A DNA stretch of 64,000 bases. Source: an uncultured Candidatus Saccharibacteria bacterium. Lineage in GTDB: Bacteria > Patescibacteriota > Saccharimonadia > Saccharimonadales > Saccharimonadaceae. The notes under the pieces are model-generated. The model was not told where the DNA came from and did no database searches. It saw only the letters and a program-made list of their open reading frames with translations. Made by a program: the position numbers and the translations under genes. The first letter of the stretch is position 1; every line of letters starts with the position of its first letter. Of the stretch, positions 30,414 through 40,696 are shown one piece after another. The DNA lies in assembly GCA_946560015.1 (NCBI GenBank), contig CAMNUC010000001.1, positions 10,570 through 74,569 on the forward strand, read 5' to 3'.

Positions 30414-31448
30414 CTACATAGTGGCTGTACGTTGTTTTTCTCCGAGCTCAGATAGCCTTACGAGCATCTCAATGAAAATTTTTTGCTGTTCTGGAGAAAA
30501 ATCTTTTATGCAACGTTCGAATGATTGCTGAGCCTCTCTTTCACGTTTCTCATCAGTTTCGATCTCTAAGTGTGCCGACGGGGCGATGCCTGGAACTTTG
30601 AGTGAGCTATCCTTGTATTTTGAGAATAGGGCTTGCTGTCTGCCATCAAGCCCGTGCAGATACCTCTCTGTAGTCTGTGCGTTTGAATGACCAAGCATCA
30701 TCTGCATTTCTAAAAGCTCAGCACCCTTACTTTGGATGTCTGTTGCAAATGAGTGGCGTAGTGCGTGCGGATAAAAGTCGTCAAATCCAGCAGCTATGAA
30801 TGCTTGACGCATTTTAATCCTAAGAGTATCAGTGCTACATGTATCACCAAAACGTCCTGGCCATAAGGCATCCGTAATTCCATTTTTCGAAACATAGTCG
30901 ACTAAACGCTCGTATGTGTCAAGGGTAACATACGACTCCCTATCCTTGTTGCCTTTGCCTACGAAGTGGATCTTTTGTCCCTTAAAGTTGCTCAGGCGCA
31001 AATGTGTGAGCTCGCTAATTCTTAGACCAGCATCAAAGCAGATCCTTATTAGGAGTCCAGCCACCTCGTCGGCGCATGTTAATACTTTGTCAATTTCCTC
31101 TTTAGTGTAGTGAACTCGTGTAACTTTACCTTCGTGACGCTTCTTGATCAGAGGTAGTTTTATTGGAATTTCCATGCCCATTTCTCGGCAATAGCGTACC
31201 CAAGCCTTGATGTGTGCTGTACGCGTGTTAATCGTACGATTTGAAACTCTGGCGTTTACTTGCTTTTCTACCCACAAGTCGTAACCACGATTTGTTAGTT
31301 GCCTCATATCGTTGCACTCTGAATCAATAATGAAATGCACATAGGTGTGCTGTTTACTTTTGAGCGTCATTTGGCTCATCCCGCGTGTAAACTGGCAGTA
31401 ATTGAGATATTCCTCCATTTGATAATAAATTTCTAAAGTTTTAGCCAT
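30414..31448 (-). CDS. Tyrosine recombinase/integrase
   Basis: GLRISE, GKGNK, HALRH, LGH, TTERY catalytic residues intact; SAM-like N-terminal domain. Confidence 0.95.
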   Translation of the reverse strand: MAKTLEIYYQMEEYLNYCQFTRGMSQMTLKSKQHTYVHFIIDSECNDMRQLTNRGYDLWVEKQVNARVSNRTINTRTAHIKAWVRYCREMGMEIPIKLPLIKKRHEGKVTRVHYTKEEIDKVLTCADEVAGLLIRICFDAGLRISELTHLRLSNFKGQKIHFVGKGNKDRESYVTLDTYERLVDYVSKNGITDALWPGRFGDTCSTDTLRIKMRQAFIAAGFDDFYPHALRHSFATDIQSKGAELLEMQMMLGHSNAQTTERYLHGLDGRQQALFSKYKDSSLKVPGIAPSAHLEIETDEKREREAQQSFERCIKDFSPEQQKIFIEMLVRLSELGEKQRTATM

Positions 31449-31469
31449 TTACAGTTTTCGCTTTCTGCC

Positions 31470-31650
31470 CACCGAATTAAAATTATTATTTTTTGTGCCT
31501 ACTACTATTCTTTTTATATTTCTTTTTCTATGGGCGTAACGTTTCGTTACGGCACTCTCAATAGCCGGTGTAACGTTTCGTTACGGCGGAATTGTTTTTT
31601 CCACCAACTTTTCCACCAAAATATGCGTAGTTTTCCACAACTTTTCCACA
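31470..31650. promoter_or_regulatory. Putative phage replication origin
   Basis: Two GTAACGTTTCGTTACGGC repeats (31536-31553, 31570-31587), four TTTTCCAC(A/C) boxes at 31597-31650, adjacent AT-rich tract. Confidence 0.6.
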
Positions 31651-31715
31651 GGTGGGGCCTTGACAACAAAAAACGGAGGTCGTTACCTCCTTTTCGCGTC
31701 AAATCGTTGTAGAGA

Positions 31716-32015
31716 CTACAACAACTTGTATTTTGTTTTGTCGTTCTGGTTTTTACCATTCTGAACCTTGATCAAATGTGCATTCGATAACTTATCTCGT
31801 ACTCTTGTAAACTTTGGTTTGCTCCAACCAAGTTGTTCTATAATATATTTAGTCCAGATGGCCATGTAACCGTTTTTGTCTTTTTTCCAAGCGCGTGCGA
31901 GATTTTCTAAAAAAGCATATAAAATAGCCTCCTGTTCGCCAAGCTCACGAACAAGCTCTATATCGACCTTCAAGAATGCCTTTTTGCCCACGTTAAATTT
32001 ACCTCCAAGCATCAT
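31716..32015 (-). CDS. Small winged-helix protein, replication-initiator N-terminus-like
   Basis: IIEQLGWSKPKFTRVRDKL...LI helix-turn-helix and wing; followed by a terminator and the iteron region. Confidence 0.65.
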   Translation of the reverse strand: MMLGGKFNVGKKAFLKVDIELVRELGEQEAILYAFLENLARAWKKDKNGYMAIWTKYIIEQLGWSKPKFTRVRDKLSNAHLIKVQNGKNQNDKTKYKLL

Positions 32016-32093
32016 TAATTAGAGGCGAGTAAGAAATAGCCTCACTCAACTAGTAAGCTAAGTGAGGCTATCAGAACTTTATGTGTTGTCGTA

Positions 32094-32145
32094 ATTATAT
32101 CGCAGTTAATATTCTTTGTCAAAGTAAAATTGATTGTGGTATAAT
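32094..32145. promoter_or_regulatory. Divergent overlapping promoters (leftward early, rightward late)
   Basis: Minus strand TTGACA(32122-17)-17-TATAAT(32099-94); plus strand TTGTCA(32116)-18-TATAAT(32140) with extended TG. Confidence 0.75.
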
Positions 32146-32247
32146 TAGCTTATATCAATGACGGCTAGATCTCTCTGGTCGTTTTTTGTTGGCTAGACTT
32201 CCCTAGTCGTCTTTGGTGCCGAAAATCAATTTAATAAGGCATATTAC

Positions 32248-32643
32248 ATGATTAGAAACCCTACGATTCAAGAATTTGAAGCAGCAGCGACAACTAGGAT
32301 GCTGACTCATAAGCGAGCTAATAAGGCCAGTTACTCCCATAGCGAAGCATCTGCTCTAGCAATTATCGGAGCTAATAGCTACCTACAGGACATCGAGGCC
32401 AACGATAAGCTTTGGTGTATGGCTCGTGGCAAACGTACATATATCTTTCATATGCCGTCGAGGCGAGTAGCTGGTGAACTTGGTCTAGATTTTGACCGAG
32501 ATGCTGACGGACAATGTAAAAACTTGCGAATTGTAGTACTGGATCGCAAAGGCTTAACGAAATGTAAAACAATTGGAGATTTAGTCATTGACATAGAGCG
32601 ACGACAAAAGTCTTATCGCAATAAAAGAAAGGAGTATAGATGA
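32248..32643 (+). CDS. Hypothetical phage protein
   Basis: 131-aa ORF, first gene of the late operon, ATGA overlap with the next gene. Confidence 0.7.
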   Translation: MIRNPTIQEFEAAATTRMLTHKRANKASYSHSEASALAIIGANSYLQDIEANDKLWCMARGKRTYIFHMPSRRVAGELGLDFDRDADGQCKNLRIVVLDRKGLTKCKTIGDLVIDIERRQKSYRNKRKEYR

Positions 32644-32867
32644 AAACTATCAAAGTTAATTTAGATTCAGACGGTAATGCTCATATTTGTTTATATGGTG
32701 AGCATATTGTACTTGGCAAAGACAAATTCAATGAGTCTGGCAAAGCGAAATTCACCAAGTTTGGTGAAGAGTATGTCGCAGAAATTGCTCAACCGGCCAA
32801 GAAGCAGCGTCAGAATACGAAAGCTAAGCCTAATACTTCCGATGACCAGCAACTATCGGAGGAATAA
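32640..32867 (+). CDS. Hypothetical phage protein
   Basis: AAGGAG RBS, translationally coupled. Confidence 0.7.
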   Translation: MKTIKVNLDSDGNAHICLYGEHIVLGKDKFNESGKAKFTKFGEEYVAEIAQPAKKQRQNTKAKPNTSDDQQLSEE

Positions 32868-32870
32868 AGC

Positions 32871-33122
32871 ATGAAACAGATTACGATTACAATCTGTGCG
32901 TCTGATAATCGCACCCAAGCGAATGGATATGATCCGAAGTTCTATGACGATCAAGAAAAGCAATACGCAGACATAGTCAATGATATGAATACGGCAAAGA
33001 AGGTGTTTGGGGATAATCTTGCTGTTATTACCGTTACTGAATGGGAAAAGGTCGGCGAGATTGAATCTACGACATATAGAAGCATTGACGAGGTAATCAA
33101 ACGATATACGGCAGAGGAATAA
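32871..33122 (+). CDS. Hypothetical phage protein
   Basis: GGAGG RBS, operon spacing. Confidence 0.7.
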   Translation: MKQITITICASDNRTQANGYDPKFYDDQEKQYADIVNDMNTAKKVFGDNLAVITVTEWEKVGEIESTTYRSIDEVIKRYTAEE

Positions 33123-33128
33123 TGAGCG

Positions 33129-33719
33129 ATGGTGGCAGACAAACAAAAGACCAACAAGAAAAAGACGCAGACGAAAAAGGTCGCGTCTAGCGTTGGTGCC
33201 ACCAAAAAACGTAAGTCTAAAGTAAATAAGAAGCCACCATACCGACCATTGAAATTTCAGAGCGTTAAAGAGATGCAAGATAAAGTAGAGGCCTATTTCA
33301 CATCATGTAACGATTATGTGCGTGATGCGAAGGGTAATCGTATGAAAGATACAGTATCCGGTGAGTATTTAACGTATCAAGCAAAAGTTCCAACTATTAC
33401 TGGACTAGCCGTATTCCTAGATACCTCACGCGAAACTCTGCTTGATTATGAAAATGAGCTACATAAAAACAAGGATATGCCACCAGAAATTAGGCACGGC
33501 TTTTCTGACACAATAAAAAAGGCGAAGTTACGCATTTATGATGCCACAGAGCAACAGCTATATCGAGGTAAGCCGACTGGTGCTATTTTCTCGCTCAAAA
33601 ACAACTACGGTTGGGAGGATAAGACGAAAGTTGAAACCAAAGATGTCGGCCATCATAATCCATTTGAAAATCTTAGTGAGGACGAGTTACGTCGTTTAGC
33701 TGGGGAGATGTCATCATGA
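33129..33719 (+). CDS. Terminase small subunit
   Basis: PTITGLA..L..SRETL..Y and AIFSLKNNYGW; directly upstream of terL. Confidence 0.85.
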   Translation: MVADKQKTNKKKTQTKKVASSVGATKKRKSKVNKKPPYRPLKFQSVKEMQDKVEAYFTSCNDYVRDAKGNRMKDTVSGEYLTYQAKVPTITGLAVFLDTSRETLLDYENELHKNKDMPPEIRHGFSDTIKKAKLRIYDATEQQLYRGKPTGAIFSLKNNYGWEDKTKVETKDVGHHNPFENLSEDELRRLAGEMSS

Positions 33720-35152
33720 AAGACTCTTTTGACGTAGAATTGGCTCGTTTCGGTGCTCGTTTGGAGTTGGCACGTAGGCATTTATATGATTACTGTCTGT
33801 TACAATATCCAAGCTTTTATAAGCCAAACCGAACCTTTTTGAAGGATATTTGTAACCAAATTGAGGGTTTTGTGAAGCATAGCCCAAAGCGTTTCCTAAT
33901 TCTCAACGCTCCACCTCGCCACGGTAAATCATTAACGGCTCAATCTGCTACAGCGTGGCTATTAGGTGACAATCCATCGAGCCGTATTATGACGGCATCC
34001 TATAATGAGCGTCTAGCCAGCACTTTCTCCAAGAATGTGCGCAACATTATTCAGACAAAGAAAGTTGGAGAACGCGTTGTCTACTCAGATATTTTTCCGG
34101 GAGTTAGCGTACAATACGGCGACGCAAGTGCGCAGATGTGGACGTTGGAGGGGCAAAACCAAACATCATACCTTGCGACTTCTCCGAATGGTACGGCGAC
34201 CGGTTTTGGCTGTAACTTCTTAATTTGTGACGACCTTATTAAGAACGCGGTTGAGGCGTATAACGAAAATGTTCTAAACGATATCTGGTCATGGTTTACA
34301 GATACAATGCTTTCGCGCTTAGAGGGGCAGAAGAAAGTTATTGTCATCATGACGCGCTGGGCAAAAGGTGATCTTGCTGGGCGCATTCTGGAGGCATTTC
34401 CAGACGAAGTTGAGCTTATCACTTATCAAGCGTGCAACGATCAAGGCATAATGCTCTGTGACGATATTTTGAACACTAAAGATTATAACTTCCTCAAGCG
34501 TGAAATGAGTCTTGATATTTTCGAGGCGAACTATAATCAGAAACCTATTGATATTAAGGGGAGACTCTACTCCGAGTTCAAGGAATGGGAGAAAAAGCCA
34601 GAGGGCGAAGTCAAAAACTATACTGATACAGCCGATACCGGCTCTGACTTTCTCTGCTCTGTTAGCTATGTAGTATTCGAAAATGAAGCGTATATTACAG
34701 ATTTAGTATTCACAGATGAGCCAATGGAAGTCACCGAAGGCAAAACTGCCGATCTATTTCATCGTAGCAATGTGGCACAGGCGTTTATCGAAAGTAACAA
34801 TGGTGGACGTGGGTTTGCGCGCAACGTAGGGCGGATATTGAACAACGAATACAATAGTAATCGCACCATTATTACTCCGCGTCCACAATCTAAGAATAAA
34901 GAGAGCCGTATTCTTACAAGTTCGGCATGGGTACAAAATCATGTTTATATGCCGCCAAACTGGAAGACCAGATGGCCAGAATTCTATAAGCAGGTTATGG
35001 AGTATCAAAGAAAAAGCAAAAATGCTCACGATGATGCTGTGGACGTTCTGGCAGCCATTTTTGAGAATATCACGGCGCAACCTGAGCCAGAAGTTATTAC
35101 TACTGATGAGATAGATGACGGCTATTACCGTCGCCCATTTGAAATGTATTAG
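33716..35152 (+). CDS. terL: Terminase large subunit
   Basis: PPRHGKS, DDLIK, MTRW, IESNNGG, HDDAVD. Confidence 0.95.
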   Translation: MKDSFDVELARFGARLELARRHLYDYCLLQYPSFYKPNRTFLKDICNQIEGFVKHSPKRFLILNAPPRHGKSLTAQSATAWLLGDNPSSRIMTASYNERLASTFSKNVRNIIQTKKVGERVVYSDIFPGVSVQYGDASAQMWTLEGQNQTSYLATSPNGTATGFGCNFLICDDLIKNAVEAYNENVLNDIWSWFTDTMLSRLEGQKKVIVIMTRWAKGDLAGRILEAFPDEVELITYQACNDQGIMLCDDILNTKDYNFLKREMSLDIFEANYNQKPIDIKGRLYSEFKEWEKKPEGEVKNYTDTADTGSDFLCSVSYVVFENEAYITDLVFTDEPMEVTEGKTADLFHRSNVAQAFIESNNGGRGFARNVGRILNNEYNSNRTIITPRPQSKNKESRILTSSAWVQNHVYMPPNWKTRWPEFYKQVMEYQRKSKNAHDDAVDVLAAIFENITAQPEPEVITTDEIDDGYYRRPFEMY

Positions 35153-35163
35153 AAAGGAGTGAT

Positions 35164-36495
35164 ATGGAAAAACTATACATTTTACCACGTGGCACCGAAC
35201 CCGAAGGCAAGACTATTGCCAGCCTAATCAGAAGTCGAGATCGCAAAAAAGACATCAAGGCATATAATTTGTTGGAAAAATATTACAATAGCGGAGATGT
35301 CTTACTCCGCCGCACACCACATAAGCTGTATGCCATCACGAACTATGCGCGCTATATTACTAAGACTAATACTGGTTACTTCTTAGGTAACCCGGTTTCG
35401 TACTCTGCTAACGATAAGGTAAACTTAGACTCGATTTTGCAGAAATATACTGCACAAACAATTTCAACTCTAGACTATGAGCTAGCCACTGATGCCTCTA
35501 TCTTTGGTCATGCCTTTGAGCAGGTCTATGTTGATGAAGGCAGAGAGCCTAAATCTACAAAGATTGACCCTCGCAACATTATATTGGTCCATGATGACAC
35601 GGTCAACCATAATAAGATGTTTGCCGTCATATATTCTGGACAACGTAGCTCCCAAGAATATGATGTAACTATCTTAGACAGCGGGAATATTACCGAGGGC
35701 AAACTCACTGGCGACGTTCTGGCGATTGATAAACAAATGCCTCATATTTTTGGAGAAGTCCCCATCGTTGAATACATTAATTCGAGCGATCGCGTTGGAG
35801 ATTATGAGCCAGTGTTATCACTGATTGATGCTCGCAACATTCTACAGAGCGATCGAGTGCTAGACCGTGAGAGGCTCGTAGATGCAATTCTTGCATTCTA
35901 CGGAACGGCATTCAGCGAGGAGCAACGCAAACAGCTCAAGAATAGCCGTATGCTATCTAATTTGCCACCAGATGCGAAAGTTGAGTATATCGTGAAAAAT
36001 ATCAACGAAGCAGATGCTAGTGTGCTCCTGAAAGCTATTACCGACGACATTCATATGATTTCCATGACTCCTAACATGACGGATGAGAACTTTGCTAGTA
36101 ACTCAAGTGGTGTAGCTCTGAGCTATAAGCTAATCGCTTTTGAGCAGCACATTAAGGATAAAGAGCGCTACTTCGAAAAAGGGCTCATGGATCGTCTCGG
36201 TCTATATTACCAGTTCGTGAACTCCACGAAGGATGACGCAATTGCCAAGGACGCAGTAGATATTATCTTCAGCCGTGATCTGCCAAAGAACGATTATGAA
36301 ACCGCTCAACTCATCAATCTATTACTAGATTCTGGTCTGGTTGATCGAGAAACCTTAGCTGGACGGTTGTCGTTCGTTAAAGATCCCAAGGAAATCGTGG
36401 TGCAAGCTCTGAAAGAAAAAGAAGAAGATCTGAAACTAGGTAATTATGGGACGGGTGAGCCCGATGAGGCTGACGATCCATTAGACGAGGAGTAG
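35164..36495 (+). CDS. Portal protein (SPP1 gp6-like)
   Basis: NYA.YI....GY..GNP, H.FG.VP.VEY.N, N.SGVAL.YK. Confidence 0.92.
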   Translation: MEKLYILPRGTEPEGKTIASLIRSRDRKKDIKAYNLLEKYYNSGDVLLRRTPHKLYAITNYARYITKTNTGYFLGNPVSYSANDKVNLDSILQKYTAQTISTLDYELATDASIFGHAFEQVYVDEGREPKSTKIDPRNIILVHDDTVNHNKMFAVIYSGQRSSQEYDVTILDSGNITEGKLTGDVLAIDKQMPHIFGEVPIVEYINSSDRVGDYEPVLSLIDARNILQSDRVLDRERLVDAILAFYGTAFSEEQRKQLKNSRMLSNLPPDAKVEYIVKNINEADASVLLKAITDDIHMISMTPNMTDENFASNSSGVALSYKLIAFEQHIKDKERYFEKGLMDRLGLYYQFVNSTKDDAIAKDAVDIIFSRDLPKNDYETAQLINLLLDSGLVDRETLAGRLSFVKDPKEIVVQALKEKEEDLKLGNYGTGEPDEADDPLDEE

Positions 36496-36496
36496 T

Positions 36497-38158
36497 ATGA
36501 AAACGCGCTCTGATGATTACTGGGCGAAACGTTCACTTGAACGGCTTAGTGAGGCAGAAAAGACTTCTATAACCTACCTCAAGCAAGTCCAAAAAGAGTA
36601 CCGTGCGACAGCTCGGGCTATCGTTGAACAGGTACGTAAACTTTATGCCACATACTACGGTAAGAGCGGCTTTGATATTGATGCGCTTAATAAAGTTGCC
36701 TCTCAGGGCGACGTAAAACGCTTTCTAGTGAGCATGGAGGCTCAAGGCTTACCAACTGATCTTCCCAACAATTGTCGAGGCAGAATGAGCCGTTTGGAAC
36801 TTCTAAACAGCCAAATGCTAGGCAAAGTGAAGCAAATGGCAACCAAAGAGAGTGTCGCAACAACCGATTTATACGACAAAGTATTTCGGAATACTTACTA
36901 TCGTACTGGATATGATGTATCTAAAGGTCTTGGTGAAACTCTTGCTTTCGGCAGTTTAGACGACAAGACTGTTGATAAAGTACTTGAATCCAAGTTTTAC
37001 GGCAAAAACTATTCAGAGCGTATTTGGGGTAATTCTAATAAATTAGCTGATCAGTTACAGAGTATTATTTCTCAAGCTATTGCAACTGGACAATCGTCAG
37101 AGAAGACTGTTCGATTAGTCCGAGAACGTTTTAATGTTAGTCAATCCAACGCGGCACGTTTAGTGCGCACAGAGACATGTTATTTCGAGAATCAAGCAGA
37201 GATTGAAGCGTATAAAGAGATGGGTATATCAGAGTACGTGATATTAGCTACGCTTGATAGCCGTACATCTAAGATCTGTCGCGAGATGGACGGCAAACGT
37301 TTTAAGATTAAGAATGCTGTGGCAGGCAAGACGCTACCTCCACTCCATCCGTATTGTCGCACAGCGATACGCCCGTATATTGGAATAGCGTTTGAACCTA
37401 AAACGCGAATTATGCGTGATCCAGAGACGGGTAAAAACAAGACTATTGAACAGATGACTTACCATGAATGGCGAGCGCAATATATACCAAACGAACCTAA
37501 GGCCAACCAAAAAGGACTAAAAGTGGGGGTTATAGGGGGATTATTGAACCAAAGATGGAACAAGTGGCAAGTAGGAGATGACCTTTTTGTCGGAGCGAAT
37601 AGACCATTGATAGAAAAGTCAATTAAACAGGCAAGCAGGATACTTGAGGAGTATCCTATAGTGAGTGAATCGATTCGTGAGAATGGTGGCATAGCGTTTG
37701 AACTGGTCGATGCCGCAATATATAAGGCAGCAACTTCAACAGATAATTCACGCATACTATTTTCAAGGAAGGCTTTTGCTAATCGCGAAAAATACTTGGC
37801 AGTTTTAGAAAAAGAAATGAAAGTTGGCTTTAAGATGCGTGTTCCGAAAATGTACCACGACATTTATACCATCACGCATGAGATGGGGCATGTGGTCGAG
37901 AATTACCTTGTCGATGGAAAGAAAATCACCAGAGCGGAGTATAATAAACGCGCTACGGCGATTAAAAATGATATCATAAAGATAGCGCAACAAATGAGCA
38001 ATAAAACGCGAAGCGAGGTACTAGCAGAAATGTCAGACTATGGGCGCAAAAAGCCGCAAGAATTCTTTGCCGAAGCTTTTGTGGCACATAAACTAGGTAG
38101 TCCCAATATATGGGGAAAAGCTATGAGAGAATATCTAAGGGAGAGGGGGCTGAAATAA
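36497..38158 (+). CDS. MuF/SPP1 gp7 minor head protein with C-terminal HEXXH peptidase-like extension
   Basis: RLVRTE, ATLDSRTS.IC, PPLHPYCR; then HEMGH...SDYG....QEFFAEAF. Confidence 0.88.
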   Translation: MKTRSDDYWAKRSLERLSEAEKTSITYLKQVQKEYRATARAIVEQVRKLYATYYGKSGFDIDALNKVASQGDVKRFLVSMEAQGLPTDLPNNCRGRMSRLELLNSQMLGKVKQMATKESVATTDLYDKVFRNTYYRTGYDVSKGLGETLAFGSLDDKTVDKVLESKFYGKNYSERIWGNSNKLADQLQSIISQAIATGQSSEKTVRLVRERFNVSQSNAARLVRTETCYFENQAEIEAYKEMGISEYVILATLDSRTSKICREMDGKRFKIKNAVAGKTLPPLHPYCRTAIRPYIGIAFEPKTRIMRDPETGKNKTIEQMTYHEWRAQYIPNEPKANQKGLKVGVIGGLLNQRWNKWQVGDDLFVGANRPLIEKSIKQASRILEEYPIVSESIRENGGIAFELVDAAIYKAATSTDNSRILFSRKAFANREKYLAVLEKEMKVGFKMRVPKMYHDIYTITHEMGHVVENYLVDGKKITRAEYNKRATAIKNDIIKIAQQMSNKTRSEVLAEMSDYGRKKPQEFFAEAFVAHKLGSPNIWGKAMREYLRERGLK

Positions 38159-38325
38159 TGTTTTCTGATATATCAATGCCATTATTTATGAAGAATAGTG
38201 AATGGTATTATTTTGATGATGAAGCTGGCATTACTTGTCTAACCGAAGCTGGAAAGAAAATTCCAGAGGTCATTGCTAGCTATAAAGAATATTATAGCGA
38301 CGAGGATGACAACCTACTCTATTAG
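38158..38325 (+). CDS. Small acidic protein, candidate immunity protein for the MuF extension
   Basis: TAATG coupling to the MuF stop; 55 aa. Confidence 0.6.
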   Translation: MFSDISMPLFMKNSEWYYFDDEAGITCLTEAGKKIPEVIASYKEYYSDEDDNLLY

Positions 38326-38494
38326 TAGTTCTATAGTGCATGAAGTTATTGCTAAAAATAATCCTTATGATATAATCAATTTAAGATCAATGACGACCTG
38401 TTAGGTTGATTATTGAATTTCTTTAGCGACCTTCGGGTCGCTTTTTCGTTGGTTTGTAATCTAAGCCGAGAGGCGTAAAAGGAAGGATAAGAAA

Positions 38495-39052
38495 ATGGAC
38501 CCCAAAAATCCAGATTCTACCAACAGTAACCCGGCAGGTCAACCTGATGATAATGCCAATAAGGGTGACGATCAGGGTAGCAAGACCTTTTCTCAAGATG
38601 AGGTGAACGAAATTGTGCGCAAGCGCATCAATGAAGCGAACGCTAAGTCCGAAGAAAAGCTTAAACAAGCAGTAGCAGACGCTCTCGCCGAGCAGGAACG
38701 TAAAGCGAAACTGACCGATGAGCAGCGTGCGACTGAGGCTCAGAAAGCCAAGGAAGAGGAAATTGCCAAACGCGAACATGATGTAACAATGCGTGAACGG
38801 CGAAACGAAGCCATTGAGATTATGGTCCAGCAGAAGCTTCCTACATCCATGGTTGATTACATTGTTGACCAAGATGTTGAGAAAACTAAAGCAAACATTA
38901 CTCAGTTTAGCAAAGACTGGCAAAAAGCCCTCGAGGATGCAGTAAAAGCCAAAGTTGGCGGGAGCACTCCCACCGACAAAGGTAAACGCACCGACACTCG
39001 GAATGGACGCACTTACGGCCGTGACAACGGTGCAGGAGTGACTTCACTCTGA
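38495..39052 (+). CDS. Capsid scaffolding protein (DUF4355-like)
   Basis: KTFSQDEVN.IV..R, coiled coil, directly before the capsid gene. Confidence 0.85.
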   Translation: MDPKNPDSTNSNPAGQPDDNANKGDDQGSKTFSQDEVNEIVRKRINEANAKSEEKLKQAVADALAEQERKAKLTDEQRATEAQKAKEEEIAKREHDVTMRERRNEAIEIMVQQKLPTSMVDYIVDQDVEKTKANITQFSKDWQKALEDAVKAKVGGSTPTDKGKRTDTRNGRTYGRDNGAGVTSL

Positions 39053-39074
39053 CCTTCATAACTGGAGAAACCAA

Positions 39075-39926
39075 ATGACTGAGGCATATAACATTTATGC
39101 GGACGGCACTAATAAGGACGACTTGGTTGAGATTAAAGGTGCTGTAATTGAAACTGTGGCTAAGACTGCTGTTTCTATGAAGATTAAGAACCGCTATGGC
39201 GTGGGTGACCCTGCTGCAGGTTCCGTTACTTACGATCGTTTTAAGACATCCGCTTCTAAAGCTTACGGGACCGCCCGCACTGCCGGCAAGGGTGATGCTC
39301 TGAAAAACACTGGTAAGGTTACCAACAACATCAGCGATCGTCAAGAGATTATTGAAGAACTTGAAGAAGGCGATGTTACTAGGTTCGGCGTTGTCGACCT
39401 GGTTGAGCGCCGCCAAAACGGCGAAGTGGCTTCTATGGTTGCTTATCTTGATGGTAAGTTCTTCGCCGAAGCTGAAAGTAAGGCGACCGCAATCGCTGGA
39501 TTGACGACTGATATGAAAATCGAGGACATCATCGAAAAGGTGATTCAAACTCTCTAATCGGTCAAGAACGACTGGGTTCGCGGCGTGCCTCGCAACCAGA
39601 TTCGCATTGCTGCTTCCCCAGCAATCTTTGGCAAGCTATCTAACCATCTGAATACTATCAAAAATAGCATCACTGGCGAAGAGCAAGCCGTGTTTAACGG
39701 TGGTGTTGTCGTCTATGAAAACATCAACCAGACTGCCGACATCGTTGCTATGCATGAAGGTGCAGTGGCTCAAGACGTTAACGTTAGGGATTACACTGAC
39801 CCTGCTCGCATCCCATTCAGTAGCGCATATGAAGTTGCCCTGTTCTATGATCAAGGCACTAAGGCTGTTGAGCCGGATTTGATTTTCAAGGCAACTTTGA
39901 CGGAACCGGCCACTTCATCCGAGTAG
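39075..39926 (+). pseudogene. Major capsid protein interrupted by an in-frame TAA at 39555-39557
   Basis: ORFs 39075..39557 and 39585..39926 share a frame; reads IQTL*SVKNDWVRGVP; lies after the scaffold gene. Confidence 0.8.
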
Positions 39927-39998
39927 AAACCGCACGGGAGAGGCTGTAAATATGTCTCTCCCGTGAAGAATATTAGCATAATTTGGAGAAATATAACC

Positions 39999-40289
39999 AT
40001 GACAACTAGATATTTCAAAATGGCAAAGGTTGGTACTGTCCTGGCTGTTAGTGATAAAGTAGCCGTCGGTGAAGGTGAGAATGCTAAACTATTGATTCGT
40101 CAATATGAAAGCCGGCCGGATTATTACATTCCTTGCGATAAAAACGGCAAGCCACTGTCGGCAAAGGCAAAGTCGCCAACCACCAAGCCTAGAAAGCCAT
40201 CTAATACTCAGGAAGCCGATGCAGAAACTGACAAGGCAACAGATGCTCAAACCGATGATAAGCCTGAAGAGGGTAGAAACGAGAAATAG
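39999..40289 (+). CDS. Hypothetical head-region protein
   Basis: GGAG RBS before ATG 39999. Confidence 0.65.
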   Translation: MTTRYFKMAKVGTVLAVSDKVAVGEGENAKLLIRQYESRPDYYIPCDKNGKPLSAKAKSPTTKPRKPSNTQEADAETDKATDAQTDDKPEEGRNEK

Positions 40290-40291
40290 CT

Positions 40292-40696
40292 ATGGGAATC
40301 GCTCGTGATACTTTTGTCGAACAAGTGGTAGAGGTTCTGAAAAGCAGAAATGAAAAAGCACTCGCAAACGAGAACCTTACTAAGGATACGGTTGAGGAGG
40401 TTACCGATCGCATTTCGCTGTATCTTAATCTTACCCCAGTAAATGGCTCTTATGTGTTCGACGAAAGGCTCGTACGAGTTGCAGCAAGGATTGCGAGCGG
40501 CATTTTCACTAGTATTTCTAACGAAGTGTCCGGAGATGGTGGCGAAGCACAAATCAAGTCTATCTCCGACAATGGTCAGACGATTAGTTTCGCTGAAGGT
40601 GTACGCAACTATCTTGCGACATCAAGCGACCAAGAGGTTTTTAGCGGTTTTACGGAGCTACTGAAGCCATATCGGAGGTGTAATGTTGTTTCCTAA
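40292..40696 (+). CDS. Head-tail connector/adaptor
   Basis: IKSISDNGQTISF, L.PYRR; synteny. Confidence 0.8.
   Translation: MGIARDTFVEQVVEVLKSRNEKALANENLTKDTVEEVTDRISLYLNLTPVNGSYVFDERLVRVAARIASGIFTSISNEVSGDGGEAQIKSISDNGQTISFAEGVRNYLATSSDQEVFSGFTELLKPYRRCNVVS

Noticed and set aside
31547-31759. Frameshifted C-terminal half of a replication protein
   Set aside because: A terminator hairpin follows the wHTH stop, and the region is better explained as non-coding repeats.
39555-39557. Phage-wide stop codon reassignment
   Set aside because: TAA, TAG and TGA all end tightly coupled phage genes elsewhere; only one gene is interrupted.
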